The notes beneath the pieces are model-generated. The model saw only the letters and a program-made list of their open reading frames with translations. It had not been told where the DNA came from and ran no database searches. Shown here in pieces: positions 37,158-47,483 of a stretch of DNA of 64,000 nucleotides (position 1 is the stretch's first letter; every line of letters begins with the position of its first letter). A program made the translations under genes and the position numbers. Source of the DNA: a virus; IMG/VR virus record IMGVR_UViG_3300010413_000019, positions 7,682-71,681 of that record; one strand, written 5' to 3'.

Positions 37158-39163
37158 TTGATGGCAACAGGCGTATTGGAACTTGGGGTCTTATCGGACG
37201 GAATCAACACAGCACCTATGTCGGATGTGGTCAATGGCAGTGCTAGAGCTTGGGTCACATTTAATGGTACATTAGTAAATGCTACAGGAGATTTAACAGG
37301 TGTAACCAGTTCGTATAACATATCAAGCGTTGTTGATAACGGTACTGGTGATTACACTATAAATTTTACAAACCCATTAGCTGATGCCTACTATACATGG
37401 TGCATAGGAAGAAACGGCAATGCTACAGATATTAACAGGGTTCATGCCCCCTACCTTGTGTCAAGGAGTAATGTCCATATTAGGATAGCAATGCCTGTTG
37501 ATAATAGTGCATCATACAGTAGAGATGATGCTACTGCTATATCTGTAACAATTTTTAGATAAAAGGAAATAAAATGAACCAAAGAATAGTATTCACTCAA
37601 GATGGTGGGGCAACCATCGCAGTTGTCCACCCAGCACCAGGTGTACCAATCGAGGAGGGTGTTAAGAGTGTTCCTCTCGGTGCTCAATACAAAGTGATCG
37701 ATGTCTCAGATATACCTGCTGACCGTATGTTCAGGGATGCATGGGAGATGACTGTCGATGAGACTTGGTTCCGTAAAGGGTTGGTATAGATGGCTGGTGA
37801 TTTAACTGTAGGTGATCTGACTGCAAATGCGTGGCTGAACCCGGATGGCAGTGAGAACTATAGAGTACGTGCATGGGTAAGTTTTAACGGGACGGGGACA
37901 CTGGCAATAAAAGCCAAAAGTATAAATGTCTCTAGTGTTACTGACTTAGGTACTGGGCAGTATCGGGTCAATTTTTATCCAAATCTGCCGGACACAAATT
38001 ATGTTGCCCTGTTCAGTGGGGGGGATACCAACAACTTCCTGAATGTCGTCAGCATACAAGTAACGCATTGTGACTTACATGTAAGAGAGTACAACAACAC
38101 TTACCAAGACCAAGCAATAAATAGTGTAGCAATTATCTACTAAGGAGAGGGCATGATACAAATCAATGAATTAAAAGCACAAGAGATAACCAAAGAGCGG
38201 ATCAGACGCTATAGAGACCCACTCTTAGCGGAACAAGATGTTCTGTTCCAGCGCGAGATGGAGAAGGGTCCTGCAGCGGATACCGCAGCAATCGTTGCCA
38301 AGAAGCAAGAACTCCGAGATCTACCGGCTATGGCTGACGGCAAGACAGTCGAAGAGCTGAAGCAGATCCACATCGATTTGGGACTGTAGTATGCCATCGG
38401 TTGTTAGAGGTAACGATGACTTCGATAGCGCAACAAGCTACCTGGGTCTCGGTGAGGGCCAGACATGGTCGGATGTAACGGCTTCCAGAACTATGGGTAC
38501 AACCTATACAAACTCGACAGGTAGACCAATTGCCGTAAGTATCAATCCGAATCTCCCGCAGGCTACAACCTGGCATGGCGTTGGGTTTAGAATCAACGGT
38601 GCAGAGGTTGCAACATCCCGATGTTATGGCAACTATGGTACGTTTGCTGAGAGGCCAAATATGTTTATTGTTGTTCCCGATGGAGCTACATACAGTCTTA
38701 ATATTATCGCCGGAAGTCCAACTATTATTTACTGGCGTGAACTACGGTAGGAGCATACATGAAATACTATAAAGACCTATTAACCTTTGAAGTCTTCGCC
38801 TACAGCGAGGACGGTTCACAAGACCATCTGATCGGAGACAAGGTAGAGATGACAGCCGAAGAGATTGATCTACATCTCAACCCACCGAAGACCCAAGAAC
38901 AGATGCAGCAGGATATCTCCAATGCTATCCAGGATCGACTTGACACCTTCGCCCAGTCCTACCGCTATGACAACATCAATGCAATCGGTAAGTACCTTGG
39001 GTATGACAATGTGTTCCGCGCTGAGTGTGAGGCTATGGGTGCGTGGGCTGCTGCGTGCTGGGATACAGCCGGCCAGATCGAAGCTGATGTACTGGCAGCA
39101 CTTCGTCCATTCCCGACCCCAGAAGAAGTCCTCGCTGAACTTCCGGCAGCACCGGTGATCTAG
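37158..39163 (+). CDS. six small tail-tip / fibre-assembly genes (37158-37562, 37574-37789, 37790-38143, 38153-38389, 38391-38750, 38759-39163)
   Basis: RAWV.FNGT...SSV.D.GTG.Y modules x2; GQTW.DVT.SR.....YTN.TGRPI.V tip module; assembly-chaperone-like partners. Confidence 0.7.
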
Positions 39164-39247
39164 CCATGATCCGACACTTAACTACTCCAGCAACTTGGTT
39201 CAAAGTTGAACTTAATAAGCTGAAAAATAGTTAAGCAAGGGGGGCGA

Positions 39248-39577
39248 ATGGCCGAAGAAGAAATCGATGGACGGGTCAAAAAGTTGGAGGACACTACGAT
39301 GTTGATCCACTATGACCTCAAAGGTATCAAAGATAGTCTGGGAGGTATCTCGACAGCACTCAAGACATTGGCTGACGTACAGACAAAGCAGATGGTCATG
39401 GAGGAGCGATATGAGAACCGCCACAATGAGCAGAAGAAGATCAATGCCCAGCTGCATGAAGAGAATGTTGAACGGGTCAATGACATCGCGAAGATCAATG
39501 GTGTCTTCACACGTATCTCATGGACGGTGATCACGATCATCATCGGTGCGATCATGGTAAGCCTGGGGTTCAAGTAA
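39248..39577 (+). CDS. coiled-coil protein with C-terminal TM helix (holin/antiholin-like)
   Basis: Heptads plus one TM segment; first gene of the lysis cassette. Confidence 0.6.
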   Translation: MAEEEIDGRVKKLEDTTMLIHYDLKGIKDSLGGISTALKTLADVQTKQMVMEERYENRHNEQKKINAQLHEENVERVNDIAKINGVFTRISWTVITIIIGAIMVSLGFK

Positions 39578-39762
39578 TGGGTTGGCTCAGATCTAAGACC
39601 ATCTGGTTCGGGCACCTGTTAGCGATTGTCGGGATAGTTGAGGCCAATATCGGTCTCCTACGTGAGAGTCTGGGTGAGTACTACGGCTATACCTTCATTG
39701 GTATCGCAGTGATCACCTACATACTCAGAGCAGTTACGGATAAACCGTTAAAGGATAAATGA
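39577..39762 (+). CDS. holin
   Basis: Start MGWLRSKT.W, two TM segments, basic tail LRAVTDKPLKDK. Confidence 0.7.
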   Translation: MGWLRSKTIWFGHLLAIVGIVEANIGLLRESLGEYYGYTFIGIAVITYILRAVTDKPLKDK

Positions 39763-40064
39763 TGGTGATGTTGAAAGAAGGCGTAAAGATCGTAGGTCTG
39801 AAACCGGAAGCTGTTCTGGGGATCATGATCTGTGATGGCGTCTACTCAAAGCACGGTATTGACTGTGTGGTCACAAGTGCGACCGACAGTAAACACGGCA
39901 GGGGTTCATTCCATTACCTCGGTATGGCATTCGATCTCAGAACCAGAGACATGGACTCGAATCTAAAGCAGGAGATCGTTATCGAACTCCGTATTGCTCT
40001 TGGTTCAGAGTTTGATGTCGTTCTGGAGTCGGATCACATCCACGTTGAATGGAATCCAAAATAA
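39759..40064 (+). CDS. endolysin, peptidase M15-like zinc peptidase
   Basis: VTS..D.KH...SFHY.G.AFD.R and DHIHVE zinc ligands. Confidence 0.82.
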   Translation: MMVMLKEGVKIVGLKPEAVLGIMICDGVYSKHGIDCVVTSATDSKHGRGSFHYLGMAFDLRTRDMDSNLKQEIVIELRIALGSEFDVVLESDHIHVEWNPK

Positions 40065-40294
40065 TGTTTGCCCAGTTGAAAGCCTATTTGTTGGCGGCCG
40101 CAGGTATAGCAATCGCTGTATTTGCCGCTGTGTTCAAGTACCGGGGCATGAAGATCGACAAACTCGAGCACGAAGTCAAAGAGCATGAGGCCAAAGACAA
40201 GGCCCAGGACTTCGTGGCAGACAACAGAGAAGCAGCAGCAAGAGCGGAGGCTAAAGATCATGAAGTCATTACTGACGGCACTTATACTTTTTAG
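40064..40294 (+). CDS. i-spanin (Rz-like)
   Basis: N-terminal TM helix then coiled coil; directly after the endolysin. Confidence 0.65.
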   Translation: MFAQLKAYLLAAAGIAIAVFAAVFKYRGMKIDKLEHEVKEHEAKDKAQDFVADNREAAARAEAKDHEVITDGTYTF

Positions 40295-40502
40295 CTTTGC
40301 CGGCTGTAGCTACAAGTCTGTGGTTCCACCCCCGATAGCAACACTTGACAAGGTCGAGCACGCATCGATCGATGTATCGAAAGGTTGTATCTGCGGTGAG
40401 GACGTGCAGAAGGTCTACGACATCAATCAAGAGTTGAGAAAGCACGAGGACTACTACTTCGAGCAAGTCTCCAAATACAACAAAGAGTTCGCGGGCGAGT
40501 AA
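40260..40502 (+). CDS. o-spanin lipoprotein (Rz1-like)
   Basis: MKSLLTALILFSFAGC lipobox, Pro-rich, overlaps the i-spanin end. Confidence 0.7.
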   Translation: MKSLLTALILFSFAGCSYKSVVPPPIATLDKVEHASIDVSKGCICGEDVQKVYDINQELRKHEDYYFEQVSKYNKEFAGE

Positions 40503-40533
40503 CGCTCGATCGGACCAAAGACAAAGGATAAGT

Positions 40534-41499
40534 ATGACTGAACTGCTTGACTGGTGTGTCGACAAAGAACACTACAACAAAGTTAAAGCACGTATTGAAT
40601 ATGGCACCAATGTAGCCGCAGCCAGAGCTTTGGGGATCTCAGAGGCCTCCATACGCCGGGCGGTAAAGAAGGCTCGTTATATCATGAAGCAAGCCAGCGG
40701 TGTAGAGATAGCAGTCGCCGGGGATCTACCGAAGATCCTGATCATCGATATCGAGACCTCGCCAACCAAGGCATTCATCTGGCGGATGTGGAAAGAGAAC
40801 ATCGGTAATAACCAGGTGATCGACCACAGCTACATCATGTGTTTCTCTGCCAAATGGTTCGGTGAGGATGAGATCATCTACAGCGAGACCCGCACGGAAG
40901 ATGACTCATCAATAACCAAGCAGATGATTGAGCTACTGGATCAGGCTGATTTTGTCGTGGCTCACAACGCCTCGAGATTTGATGTCCCCCGGATCAATGC
41001 CGCTGCGATCATCAATGGTATGAAGCCACCATCTCCTTATCGTGTCATCGATACACTGAAGGTCGCCAAGAAGCACTTCAAGTTCGAGAGAAACACCCTT
41101 GAGCATATAGCGGAGATCCTCGGGTGTACTCCGAAGAGTTCCCACGCTAAGTTCAACGGGTTCGAACTCTGGAAAGAGTGTCTCGATGGTAACGAGGAAG
41201 CCTGGGAAGAGATGAGAGACTACAACATCCAGGATGTCCATACACTTGAAGAGGTGTACCTCAAACTGCGTCCGTGGCATAAAGAGCATCCAAACCTTGG
41301 TTCCAAGATGGAGTCTGATGTACCGGTATGTTCGAGATGTGGTAGTCCTAACCTCAAACAAAAAGGTTACACCTACACAGATGTTTCCAAGTTCCCCCTA
41401 TTCCACTGTAAAGACTGCGGCAGCTATAGCAGAAGCCGTTACAGCGAGTACCCTAAAGAGATCCGCGCCTCACTACTTACTACCGTAAGAGCTGCATAA
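40534..41499 (+). CDS. DnaQ/RNase H-like 3'-5' exonuclease with N-terminal HTH and C-terminal zinc ribbon
   Basis: AAARALGIS HTH; DIET, HN...FD, YN.QD; CSRC and CKDC. Confidence 0.85.
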   Translation: MTELLDWCVDKEHYNKVKARIEYGTNVAAARALGISEASIRRAVKKARYIMKQASGVEIAVAGDLPKILIIDIETSPTKAFIWRMWKENIGNNQVIDHSYIMCFSAKWFGEDEIIYSETRTEDDSSITKQMIELLDQADFVVAHNASRFDVPRINAAAIINGMKPPSPYRVIDTLKVAKKHFKFERNTLEHIAEILGCTPKSSHAKFNGFELWKECLDGNEEAWEEMRDYNIQDVHTLEEVYLKLRPWHKEHPNLGSKMESDVPVCSRCGSPNLKQKGYTYTDVSKFPLFHCKDCGSYSRSRYSEYPKEIRASLLTTVRAA

Positions 41500-41617
41500 C
41501 TCCACTTTGCAACAGGTTCTAACAAAACCTGTTGTATTTTTCTGTTAAATTCTGTTATAATTCGTTAAATGAGTCACAGGTTTGATTAAAACCTCACTCG
41601 ACCTCTACATAAGGGTG

Positions 41618-43612
41618 ATGATGGATAACAACGAAGAACTTGACTTTACACAGATCAAGTTGACCGAATGGGCCAACGAACCATCTGTCAGTGATCTCAA
41701 AAAAGATGCTGAAGAGGCTCGTGGTGATCATGACACCCATGTAACCAATGTATCGACTTGGCTTGATAACCTTAATGGTGTTCAAGCCGGTCTCGATAAA
41801 CTTCCGAAGAACAGATCACGTGTCGTACCGAAACTTATCCGGAAACAGGCTGAGTGGAGATACGCCGCACTGAGTGAGCCTTTCCTCAGTACCGAAGATG
41901 TGTTCAACGTCGAACCGGTCACCTACGAAGACAAACCTGCTGCTGAGCAGAACTCCCTGATCCTCAATAACCAATTCAATACCAAGCTTGACAAGGTCAA
42001 CTTCATTGATGAGTATGTCCGTACCGCAGTAGATGAGGGTACAGTCATTGTCCGTGTCGGTTGGGAGTACGAGGATGAGATTGAAGAGATCGAAGTACCT
42101 AAGTATATGGCCGGAGCTACGGGTGAGCAGATCTTAATCGGGACTGAGACTGTAGAGCAGACCAATGTTCTGAAGAACCAGCCGACCTTGGAAGTGTGCG
42201 ACTACCGCAATGTGATCATCGACCCGACCTGTAAAGGCGATCTCAACAAAGCCGAGTTCATCATATACAGTTTCGAGACATCGTTCTCCGAGCTCCAGAA
42301 AGACGGCCGTTACAAAAACCTCGATAACATCAATGCCGATGACAACAACCCTCTGAATGATCCGGACCACTCACCAAGTACTACCAACTTCCGATTCAAA
42401 GACAATCCTCGTAAAAAGCTGATCGCTTTCGAGTACTGGGGTTACTGGGATATCGATGGCAGCGGTATTGTCAAACCGATCGTAGCTACCTATGTCGGTA
42501 ACACTATGATCCGCCTCGAAGAGAACCCTTTCCCAGACCAGAAACTCCCATTTGTCCTGGTTCAGTACCTCCCGGTACGCAAGGCTATCTATGGTGAGCC
42601 GGACGGACATCTGCTTGAGGATAACCAGAAGGTTGTAGGTGCGGTTACCCGCGGTATGATCGATATCATGGGTCGTTCTGCAAACAGCCAGATCGGTTAC
42701 CGTAAAGGTACTTTGGACATCACCAACAAGCGCAAGTTTGAACTTGGTCTTGACTACGAGTACAACAACAATGTCTCTGATCCACGTCAGGCATTCCACA
42801 TGGGTACATTCCCTGAGATCCCTCGCAGCGCTATGGAAATGATCCAGCTGCAGAACACAGATGCCGAGAGTCTTACCGGTGTTAAAGCATTCAGCTCAGG
42901 ACTCAGCGGTCAAGCTCTTGGTTCCACTGCAACAGGTATTCGTTCAGCTCTTGATGCCACATCAAAACGTGAGCTGGGAATCCTCCGCAGACTTGCACGT
43001 GGTATGGAAGAGATCGGCCGTAAGATCATCTCTATGAATGCAGAGTTCCTCAGCGAAGAAGAGATCGTCCGGGTGACCAACGAAGATTTCGTGACCATCC
43101 GCAGAGATGACCTCAGAGGTGAACTTGACCTACGCCTTACGATCAGTACTGCAGAGACCGATAACGAGAAAGCACAGGAGCTCAGCTTCATGCTTCAGAC
43201 AGGTCAGCAGTCTATGGATCCGGGTGAGGTAAGAATCATCCGTGCTGAGATCGCCAAGCTCCGTAAGATGCCGGCTCTTGCCAAACGCATCGAAGAGTAT
43301 CAGCCTGAGCCAGATCCACTAGCAGTCCAGGAGGCTCAACTGAAGATAGCTCTATTGGAGGCGCAGATCCAGAACGAGCGTAACAAAGCTCTTGAGAATC
43401 AGGCTGACATCGGCCTCAAAGAGGCTAAGACCGAGACAGAACTTGCCAAGGGTCGTAACCTACACAGCAAGTCTGATCAACAGGATCTTGACTTCCTTGA
43501 GAAAGAAAGCGGTATGGATCACGCCAAAGAGATGGAGAAACGTGAGTTTGACCGTGGCGCCAACCTTGATCTTAAAGCAGCTGAGAAGCTCTTCGGAGAA
43601 CCGAAGGCATAA
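41618..43612 (+). CDS. portal protein (N4 gp59-like)
   Basis: KLTEWANEP, PKLIRKQAEWRY.ALSEPFL, AESLTGVKAFS. Confidence 0.93.
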   Translation: MMDNNEELDFTQIKLTEWANEPSVSDLKKDAEEARGDHDTHVTNVSTWLDNLNGVQAGLDKLPKNRSRVVPKLIRKQAEWRYAALSEPFLSTEDVFNVEPVTYEDKPAAEQNSLILNNQFNTKLDKVNFIDEYVRTAVDEGTVIVRVGWEYEDEIEEIEVPKYMAGATGEQILIGTETVEQTNVLKNQPTLEVCDYRNVIIDPTCKGDLNKAEFIIYSFETSFSELQKDGRYKNLDNINADDNNPLNDPDHSPSTTNFRFKDNPRKKLIAFEYWGYWDIDGSGIVKPIVATYVGNTMIRLEENPFPDQKLPFVLVQYLPVRKAIYGEPDGHLLEDNQKVVGAVTRGMIDIMGRSANSQIGYRKGTLDITNKRKFELGLDYEYNNNVSDPRQAFHMGTFPEIPRSAMEMIQLQNTDAESLTGVKAFSSGLSGQALGSTATGIRSALDATSKRELGILRRLARGMEEIGRKIISMNAEFLSEEEIVRVTNEDFVTIRRDDLRGELDLRLTISTAETDNEKAQELSFMLQTGQQSMDPGEVRIIRAEIAKLRKMPALAKRIEEYQPEPDPLAVQEAQLKIALLEAQIQNERNKALENQADIGLKEAKTETELAKGRNLHSKSDQQDLDFLEKESGMDHAKEMEKREFDRGANLDLKAAEKLFGEPKA

Positions 43613-43683
43613 CAGCTCAGCCCAAATAGCAGTGAGGGCGGTATAAATAACCTACTAGAAATCTTACTTTTAAGGACACATGT

Positions 43684-44031
43684 ATGAACCCTGTAGATCA
43701 ACAGATCGACGAACTGGAAATTGGTATTGAAGTAGCGCGTAAAGCCGTTGACAGAGCAAAAGCTCTCGATGAACTATCGCGTAACCGTAACTTCAAAAAA
43801 ATCATCCTCGAAGGTTATTTCGAAGAAGAAGCACAACGCCTGGTTCTGTTGAAATCTGATCCGAATATGCAATCTGATGAGCAGCAAAAAGCTCTCGATA
43901 ATGCAATCATCGGTATCGGCCAGCTACGCCAACACTTTATTACGATTAACCAGTTTGGTCGTATGGCTGCACAGTCTATCGCAGAGGATGAAGAGACTCT
44001 TGATGAACTGCGCGAAGAAGCAGTAGCGTAA
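43684..44031 (+). CDS. N4 gp58-like protein
   Basis: FKKIILEGYF..EA.RLV; synteny after the portal. Confidence 0.75.
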   Translation: MNPVDQQIDELEIGIEVARKAVDRAKALDELSRNRNFKKIILEGYFEEEAQRLVLLKSDPNMQSDEQQKALDNAIIGIGQLRQHFITINQFGRMAAQSIAEDEETLDELREEAVA

Positions 44032-44048
44032 CTGGAGGCGTATAAACA

Positions 44049-45230
44049 ATGGAAGTAGAAGACACAGTAACTCCTACAGAGGAGACACAGGAACTTGAAA
44101 ACACTCCAGATATGCTCGATATGTCCGATGAGGAATTCGAGCAGTTTATGGCAAGTGAAGCCGATACAGCTATGAGTGAACCTGAAGAGGATCCCGAACC
44201 TGCTGAAGAAGCTGAAGACACGGAAGAATCCGACGAGTCTGACAATGAGGACACTGATGAAGCTGAACCTGAGGATGAAGTAACTGAACCTGAGGGTGAC
44301 GATCCACAGACAGATGAAACATCTGATGATGAAGCTGATACAGAATCTCATGAAGACCCGGAGAGTGAAGAAGGTCAAACTGACACAGATGGTAAGCCCA
44401 CGGAAACAGCAGAGATCGATTACAAAGCCGAGTACGAAAAGCTTCTTGCCCCATTCAAGGCAAATGGGAGAGATATCAAAGTTGACAGTGTTGATGACGC
44501 GATGACCTTGATGCGTATGGGTGCCAACTACAACAAAAAGATGGCAGCCCTGAAGCCAAACATGCGCGTGCTGAAAGCACTTGAAAACAATGGTCTTCTC
44601 GATGAAACCAAGGTGAACTACCTTGTCGACCTGGCTCAGAAGAAACCAGAAGCGATCGCTAAGCTCATCAAAGAGTCTCAGATTGATCCGCTGGATATCG
44701 ACACTGAACAGGCTGACTCGTATGTTCCAACAAGTCACGGGCCAAGTGACCAAGAACTCGCCATTGATGATGTCCTGGACAGCATTAAGGATAACGAGTC
44801 ATTCGGTAGAACAATGAAAGTTGTTACTGACGAGCTGGATGCAGAAAGTAGAGCTTTATTGGTTCAACAACCCGATGTGATCAGTGCACTGGATCAACAT
44901 ATTCAGAACGGCATCTATGATCAGATCATGGGGGAAGTTGAGAAAGAACGCATGTTTGGGCGGCTAAAAGGTGTATCAGACCTTGAAGCCTATAAGACAG
45001 TCGGTGACCGTCTCCATGCACAGGGTGCGTTTGGTACTGAGCCAACAGTAAACCAAGAGCCTACTATACCAGAACCTGTCAGTAAGAAACCTGATCCAAA
45101 AGTGGTAGCAAAGAAAAAAGCTGCCGGATCAGTGAGAAGCAGACCTGCCAAGAAGCAACCTGAATTCGATCCACTCTCTATGAGTGATGAAGAGTTCGAG
45201 CAGCTGGCAGGGTCCGGTCTCTACTCTTAA
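44049..45230 (+). CDS. N4 gp57-like scaffold protein
   Basis: MSDEEF at both ends, acidic linker, PFKANG, MGANY.KKM. Confidence 0.85.
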   Translation: MEVEDTVTPTEETQELENTPDMLDMSDEEFEQFMASEADTAMSEPEEDPEPAEEAEDTEESDESDNEDTDEAEPEDEVTEPEGDDPQTDETSDDEADTESHEDPESEEGQTDTDGKPTETAEIDYKAEYEKLLAPFKANGRDIKVDSVDDAMTLMRMGANYNKKMAALKPNMRVLKALENNGLLDETKVNYLVDLAQKKPEAIAKLIKESQIDPLDIDTEQADSYVPTSHGPSDQELAIDDVLDSIKDNESFGRTMKVVTDELDAESRALLVQQPDVISALDQHIQNGIYDQIMGEVEKERMFGRLKGVSDLEAYKTVGDRLHAQGAFGTEPTVNQEPTIPEPVSKKPDPKVVAKKKAAGSVRSRPAKKQPEFDPLSMSDEEFEQLAGSGLYS

Positions 45231-45244
45231 CAGGAGAATGTTGA

Positions 45245-46423
45245 ATGATTTATAACGAAGGTACAGTGGCTAATCCGTCATCTGTCGGATCACAGCTATC
45301 GCAGTATTATTACTACAAAAAGGCTCTTATTGACATCGTCAAAGAGCAGTACTTCACGCAGTTGGCAGATGTTCGCGCAATGCCTAAAAACATGGGTAAA
45401 ACCATTAAACAGTACCACTATGTTCCGCTACTTGATGACCGAAACGTCAATGACCAGGGTATCGATGCAACAGGTGCTGTGATCGCTGACGGTAACCTAT
45501 ATGGTTCAAGCAAAGACATCGGTACTATTACCGGCAAAATGCCTACACTGTCTGAGTCTGGTGGTCGTGTTAACCGCGTTGGTTTCAAGCGTATTGAACT
45601 AGAGGGTACGATCGAGAAGTTCGGTTTCTTCGATGAGTATACGCAAGAGTCAATGGATTTCGATTCTGATTCTGAGCTTGAGATGCACATCACTCGTGAG
45701 TCACTACGTGGTGCGAATGAGATCACTGAAGATGCTCTGCAGATCGACCTTCTTAACGGTGCTGGTGTTGTCTACTACGGTGGTGTCGCAACTGCAACGA
45801 ATGAGGTCACAGGTGAGCAAGGTGCTACAGCGTCTGTCGCTACATACGAAGACCTTATGAAGCTTGACATCGAGCTTGATAACAACCGCTGTCCGAAAGC
45901 TACGAAGATTATCACTGGTTCTCGTATGATCGATACTGCGACTATCAGCTCAGCTCGCTATATGTATGTTGGTTCTGAACTGCGCCCTACACTGAAGCGT
46001 ATGAAAGACCTTCACAACAACCAGGCGTTCATCCCTGTTCACAAGTATGCTAACGCAGGTACTGTTGCTCGCGGTGAGATCGGTTCGATCGATAACTTCC
46101 GCTTCATCGAGGTCCCTGAGATGCTTCACTGGGAAGGTGCTGGTGCTGCTGAAGTAACCAACGATGGCTACCGCGCAACTGGTGGTGCATACGATGTCTT
46201 CCCAATGCTTGTTGTTGGTTCTGGCTCATTTACTACTATCGGTTTCCAAACTGACGGTAAGACAGTGAAGTTCAAGATCACTCACAAGAAGCCGGGTAAA
46301 GAGACTGCGGACCGTAACGATCCATACGGTGAGACTGGATTCTACTCAATCAAGTGGTACTACGGGACTATGATCCTACGCCCTGAGTGGTTGGCAGTAA
46401 TGAAGGTGGTTGCAGAGCTGTAA
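45245..46423 (+). CDS. major capsid protein (N4 gp56-like)
   Basis: [51 protein letters not shown]. Confidence 0.96.
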   Translation: MIYNEGTVANPSSVGSQLSQYYYYKKALIDIVKEQYFTQLADVRAMPKNMGKTIKQYHYVPLLDDRNVNDQGIDATGAVIADGNLYGSSKDIGTITGKMPTLSESGGRVNRVGFKRIELEGTIEKFGFFDEYTQESMDFDSDSELEMHITRESLRGANEITEDALQIDLLNGAGVVYYGGVATATNEVTGEQGATASVATYEDLMKLDIELDNNRCPKATKIITGSRMIDTATISSARYMYVGSELRPTLKRMKDLHNNQAFIPVHKYANAGTVARGEIGSIDNFRFIEVPEMLHWEGAGAAEVTNDGYRATGGAYDVFPMLVVGSGSFTTIGFQTDGKTVKFKITHKKPGKETADRNDPYGETGFYSIKWYYGTMILRPEWLAVMKVVAEL

Positions 46424-46500
46424 TGGCTCTCTGACCCAATCTGAGTAACCCAGGAAGGTTCCACCCTTCCTGAATAAACATATAAAAGGAAAGACCTTAA

Positions 46501-47058
46501 ATGGCTGAAAAAAGTGAAAAAGATCTGTTGATCGAACGTCTTACAAAGATGAATGTTGATTTCCATCCAAATAACAGTGTTGACACATTGCGCAAGAAAC
46601 TTGCTGATGCATTGAATGAAGATGAGAATTCTGGGAATGAACCAGAAGGTGATACTACCGAAACTAAGGGTGAGGAGAAACCTCTTACTAAAGGACAGCA
46701 AAAAGCACTACTGAAAAAAGAAGCTGCCAAGCTGGTCCGTGTACGTGTCTCATGTATGAATCCCAACAAGAAAGAGTGGGAGGGTGAGATGTTCACTGTC
46801 GGTAACAGCTCTATCGGTTCATTCCGTAAGTATGTCCCGTTCAACAACGATGAGGGATGGCATATCCCTAACATCCTCTATAAGCACCTCAAAGAGCGTC
46901 AATGCCAGATCTTTGTGAATGCCAAGGATGACCGCGGTAACAAGATCCGCAAAGGTAAATTGATCAAAGAGTTCAGTGTAGAGAAGCTTCCGGATCTGAC
47001 GGAAGAAGAGATCAGCGAGCTTGCTAAAAAGCAGGCTATGGCTAACTCTATCGATTGA
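46501..47058 (+). CDS. N4 gp55-like protein
   Basis: KLVRVRVSCMNP.K....GE.FTVGN, KYVPF, GWHIP. Confidence 0.85.
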   Translation: MAEKSEKDLLIERLTKMNVDFHPNNSVDTLRKKLADALNEDENSGNEPEGDTTETKGEEKPLTKGQQKALLKKEAAKLVRVRVSCMNPNKKEWEGEMFTVGNSSIGSFRKYVPFNNDEGWHIPNILYKHLKERQCQIFVNAKDDRGNKIRKGKLIKEFSVEKLPDLTEEEISELAKKQAMANSID

Positions 47059-47111
47059 TATATCGAGTCAACCTATACGGTTGGCTCCATTATGTCAAAT
47101 AAAGGGAGAAA

Positions 47112-47483
47112 ATGGACAGCACTAAATTTACGATCCCCAAGGGGACAGACTTCAGTTTTACTGTTACCGTGACTCAGGCCGATTCATTTTTGGCCCAAGA
47201 TCTTACGAACATGTCCAGCGCTGTGCTGGTAGTCATGGGCTTGGCCGATCAGCTCACAGAGTTCACAAAGAACTTGACGGTGCAGGATGCCCTGAACGGT
47301 GTTCTCGCCGGTACGATTCTTGGTACTGACTCAGCCAATATGGTTCTCTCCAGGGGAGCAGCTGAAGACCGATACTACCTCAAGCCTAATTACCAGGCTA
47401 CGATCGATATCACTTTCAGCGATGGGACACTGCCTATTCATGTCCTCATTGAAGAAGTCTACGTTTCTCCGACTGGTGCTTAA
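47112..47483 (+). CDS. virion structural protein (beta-rich)
   Basis: I.KGTDFSF.V pattern; late operon. Confidence 0.6.
   Translation: MDSTKFTIPKGTDFSFTVTVTQADSFLAQDLTNMSSAVLVVMGLADQLTEFTKNLTVQDALNGVLAGTILGTDSANMVLSRGAAEDRYYLKPNYQATIDITFSDGTLPIHVLIEEVYVSPTGA

Noticed and set aside
34443-39163. Diversity-generating retroelement or invertible tail cassette
   Set aside because: No reverse transcriptase or invertase, no near-identical TR/VR pair, and all modules are on the same strand.
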